Shown here one piece after another: positions 56,228 through 58,222 of a stretch of 58,222 nucleotides of DNA (position 1 is its first letter; each line of letters starts with the position of its first letter). The position numbers and the translations under genes are program-made. Where the stretch lies: contig CBDVDH010000018.1 of assembly GCA_965372715.1 (NCBI GenBank), positions 1-58,222 of the forward strand, read 5' to 3'. Source of the stretch: an uncultured bacterium (GTDB lineage: Bacteria > B130-G9). The notes beneath the pieces are model-generated. The model was given only the letters and a program-made list of their open reading frames with translations, was not told the origin of the DNA and did not search any database.

Positions 56228-58078
56228 ATGAGAGACTTCCTCGACGATCTTCATTCAAGGGTGCTGGTCTGCGACGGCGCGATGGGCACGATGCTCTATG
56301 CAAAAGGCATCTACATCAACCAGTGTTTCGATGAGCTAAACATCTCCGCGCCTGACCTAGTCTCCCAAATCCACGCCGAATACCTAAAGGCCGGGGCCAT
56401 GATTCTAGAGACGAACACGTACGGCGCCAACAGGCATAGGCTCGCCCCGTTCGGCCTTGAGGCCCAAACCAAGGAGATTAACGACAAGGGCGTAGCCGTC
56501 GCCAGACAAGTCGCTCGCGACCGCGCTTATGTGGCTGGCTCTGTGGGAAGACTCAAGAGCACCGTCCTTTTGAGAGACATGCTCACCCCTGATGACATCC
56601 GATCGATCTACGCAGAGCAAATAGCCGCGCTGGCCAACGCCGGCGCCGACCTGATACTGATTGAGACTATCTCGAGCTTCAAGATGATGTCGCTCGCGAT
56701 AGAGGCCGTTCGACTCGTCTGCGACCTGCCAATCGTTGCGCAGATGACAGTGACTGAGGAAGGCTCTACAATCTATGGCGACGAGCCGGAGGAGATCGCT
56801 GCTTTTCTGAAAGAGCAAAGGGTTGACGTGGGCGGACTCAATTGCTCCGTCGGCCCACATCAGATGCTGCTGGCAATCGAGAGGATGGCTAGGACAGAGG
56901 GGCTGGCCCTGTCCGCTCAGCCAAACGCAGGTCTGCCGAAACTCGTCGATGGACGCTACATGTACCTCTGCTCACCCGAGTACATGGCAGAATACGTAAA
57001 GCGATTTATCGCCAAGGGCGTCTCAATCGTCGGTGGGTGCTGCGGAACGACGCCGGCGCACATAAGAGCGATCGCGGCAGCGGTCAAGTCAACGACGACC
57101 GGCGCAGTCGAGGTATATGACTTTCAGCTCGAGGAAGAACCCGAGGAATTCCAGAGGATTGAGGTCGAGCGGACGCCCACGCACTTCGAGCAAGCCATCA
57201 AGGAACGTTTCCTCCTGAGCATCGAGCTGAATCCGCCGCGAGGCATCGGAATCGACGGCGTCCTGCAAAAAGCAACGATGATAAAAGAAGCGGGCGCAGA
57301 CGCAGTGAACATCGCCGACGGGCCGCGCGCCTCGGCCAGGATGAGCCCGATAGTGCTTGGCCAGATCATTGAACGAGAGGTGGGGATCGACGCCATCGTC
57401 CACTTCTGCTGCAGGGATAGAAATCTCGTGGCTCTCCAGGGCGATCTCATGGCTGCGTATGTTGCAGGGCTGAGAAACGTTCTGCTCGTAACCGGCGACC
57501 CGCCCAAGGTGGGCGATTACCCGCTGTCAACGGCAGTGTTCGACGTCGATTCAATTGGCCTATCCAAGATTGCGCGCAACCTCAATTTCGGACTCGACCT
57601 GGCCGGCAAGGCGATCAGCAAGCCAACCGCCTTCTTCATCGGCGTCGGCGTCAATCCCGGCGCAATCGACCTGGAAGAGGAGCTCAGCCGCTTTGCAGCC
57701 AAGAGAGATGCTGGCGCTCAATTCGCGATGACCCAGCCTGTCTATGAGCCCCGGCTTCTTGCGGACTTCCTTGCGAAATCCAAGGACGTTGACCTGCCGA
57801 TCTTCGTTGGCATACTGCCGCTCATCTCATATCGCAACGCAGAATTCATGCACAACGAGGTCCCCGGAATGGCCGTGCCCAAAGAGGTAAGAGAACGCAT
57901 GAAGCGGGCCAAGAGCGGCGATGAGGCCAAGCAGGAGGGCGTTGCGATAGCAAGCGAGGCGCTTCAATCCGTCATCGGCATGGACCGCGTAGTGGGCGCC
58001 TACCTCATCCCGCCGCTCGGCCGTGTCGAGCTCGCGCTCCAAGTCATCGAACGCGTCAATCTGCCCTCGCACGGATAG
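56228..58078 (+). CDS. Bifunctional homocysteine S-methyltransferase / 5,10-methylenetetrahydrofolate reductase (YitJ-like)
   Basis: DGAMGTML, ETNTYGAN, GLNCSVGP, PNAGLP, GGCCGTTP; then IELNPPR, NIADGPRA, CRDRN, TGDPPKVGDYP, TQPVY, HNEVPG. Confidence 0.93.
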   Translation: MRDFLDDLHSRVLVCDGAMGTMLYAKGIYINQCFDELNISAPDLVSQIHAEYLKAGAMILETNTYGANRHRLAPFGLEAQTKEINDKGVAVARQVARDRAYVAGSVGRLKSTVLLRDMLTPDDIRSIYAEQIAALANAGADLILIETISSFKMMSLAIEAVRLVCDLPIVAQMTVTEEGSTIYGDEPEEIAAFLKEQRVDVGGLNCSVGPHQMLLAIERMARTEGLALSAQPNAGLPKLVDGRYMYLCSPEYMAEYVKRFIAKGVSIVGGCCGTTPAHIRAIAAAVKSTTTGAVEVYDFQLEEEPEEFQRIEVERTPTHFEQAIKERFLLSIELNPPRGIGIDGVLQKATMIKEAGADAVNIADGPRASARMSPIVLGQIIEREVGIDAIVHFCCRDRNLVALQGDLMAAYVAGLRNVLLVTGDPPKVGDYPLSTAVFDVDSIGLSKIARNLNFGLDLAGKAISKPTAFFIGVGVNPGAIDLEEELSRFAAKRDAGAQFAMTQPVYEPRLLADFLAKSKDVDLPIFVGILPLISYRNAEFMHNEVPGMAVPKEVRERMKRAKSGDEAKQEGVAIASEALQSVIGMDRVVGAYLIPPLGRVELALQVIERVNLPSHG

Positions 58079-58084
58079 CCCTCG

Positions 58085-58108
58085 GTGTGGGGTAGGCTTT
58101 CCAGCCTG
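58085..58108 (+). repeat. REP-like palindrome (GTGGGG-type)
   Basis: GTGTGGGGTAGGCTTTCCAGCCTG; 22/24 identical to the reverse complement of 1-24. Confidence 0.65.
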
Positions 58109-58222
58109 CCGATGCCCTGTAGCGGCGGCTCCTAGAGGCTGGGTCATAAGTCGTTGCGGTTGTGCACGGGCGTGGTCTCAGACCCGCCCTTTCGAATTGA
58201 TGGTCGCATAAGATGCCTCGTA

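Overview
Bacterial chromosomal window of moderately high GC. Left: tRNA-Sec (selC), an ExeA/GspA-like AAA ATPase plus an ExeB-like TPR partner, and pheS/pheT, separated by ~440 nt of apparently structured DNA. Centre (7.4-37.8 kb): four tandem, co-oriented, giant secreted paralogues (~1850-3015 aa). They are built from beta-propeller repeats, 6-11 copies of a Cys-containing ~100-aa Ig-like repeat and ASH/choice-of-anchor-D-like domains, and all end in the same ~115-aa C-terminal domain, which I cannot assign and propose as a sorting/secretion signal. Next: a REP-flanked RAYT transposase and xerD. Then a selenoprotein missed by the ORF track: a UshA-like CGU-motif protein fused to a tetraheme cytochrome c, with in-frame UGA and SECIS hairpin. 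Then an MCE/MlaD - orphan cas6 - ABC ATPase unit with no CRISPR array, an Rrf2-ferredoxin-cupin-hcp cluster, and xseB-ispA-dxs-tlyA-nadK followed by a caspase-FGE fusion and a homocysteine methyltransferase/MTHFR fusion. All calls come from reading motifs by eye; no searches or folding programs were run.
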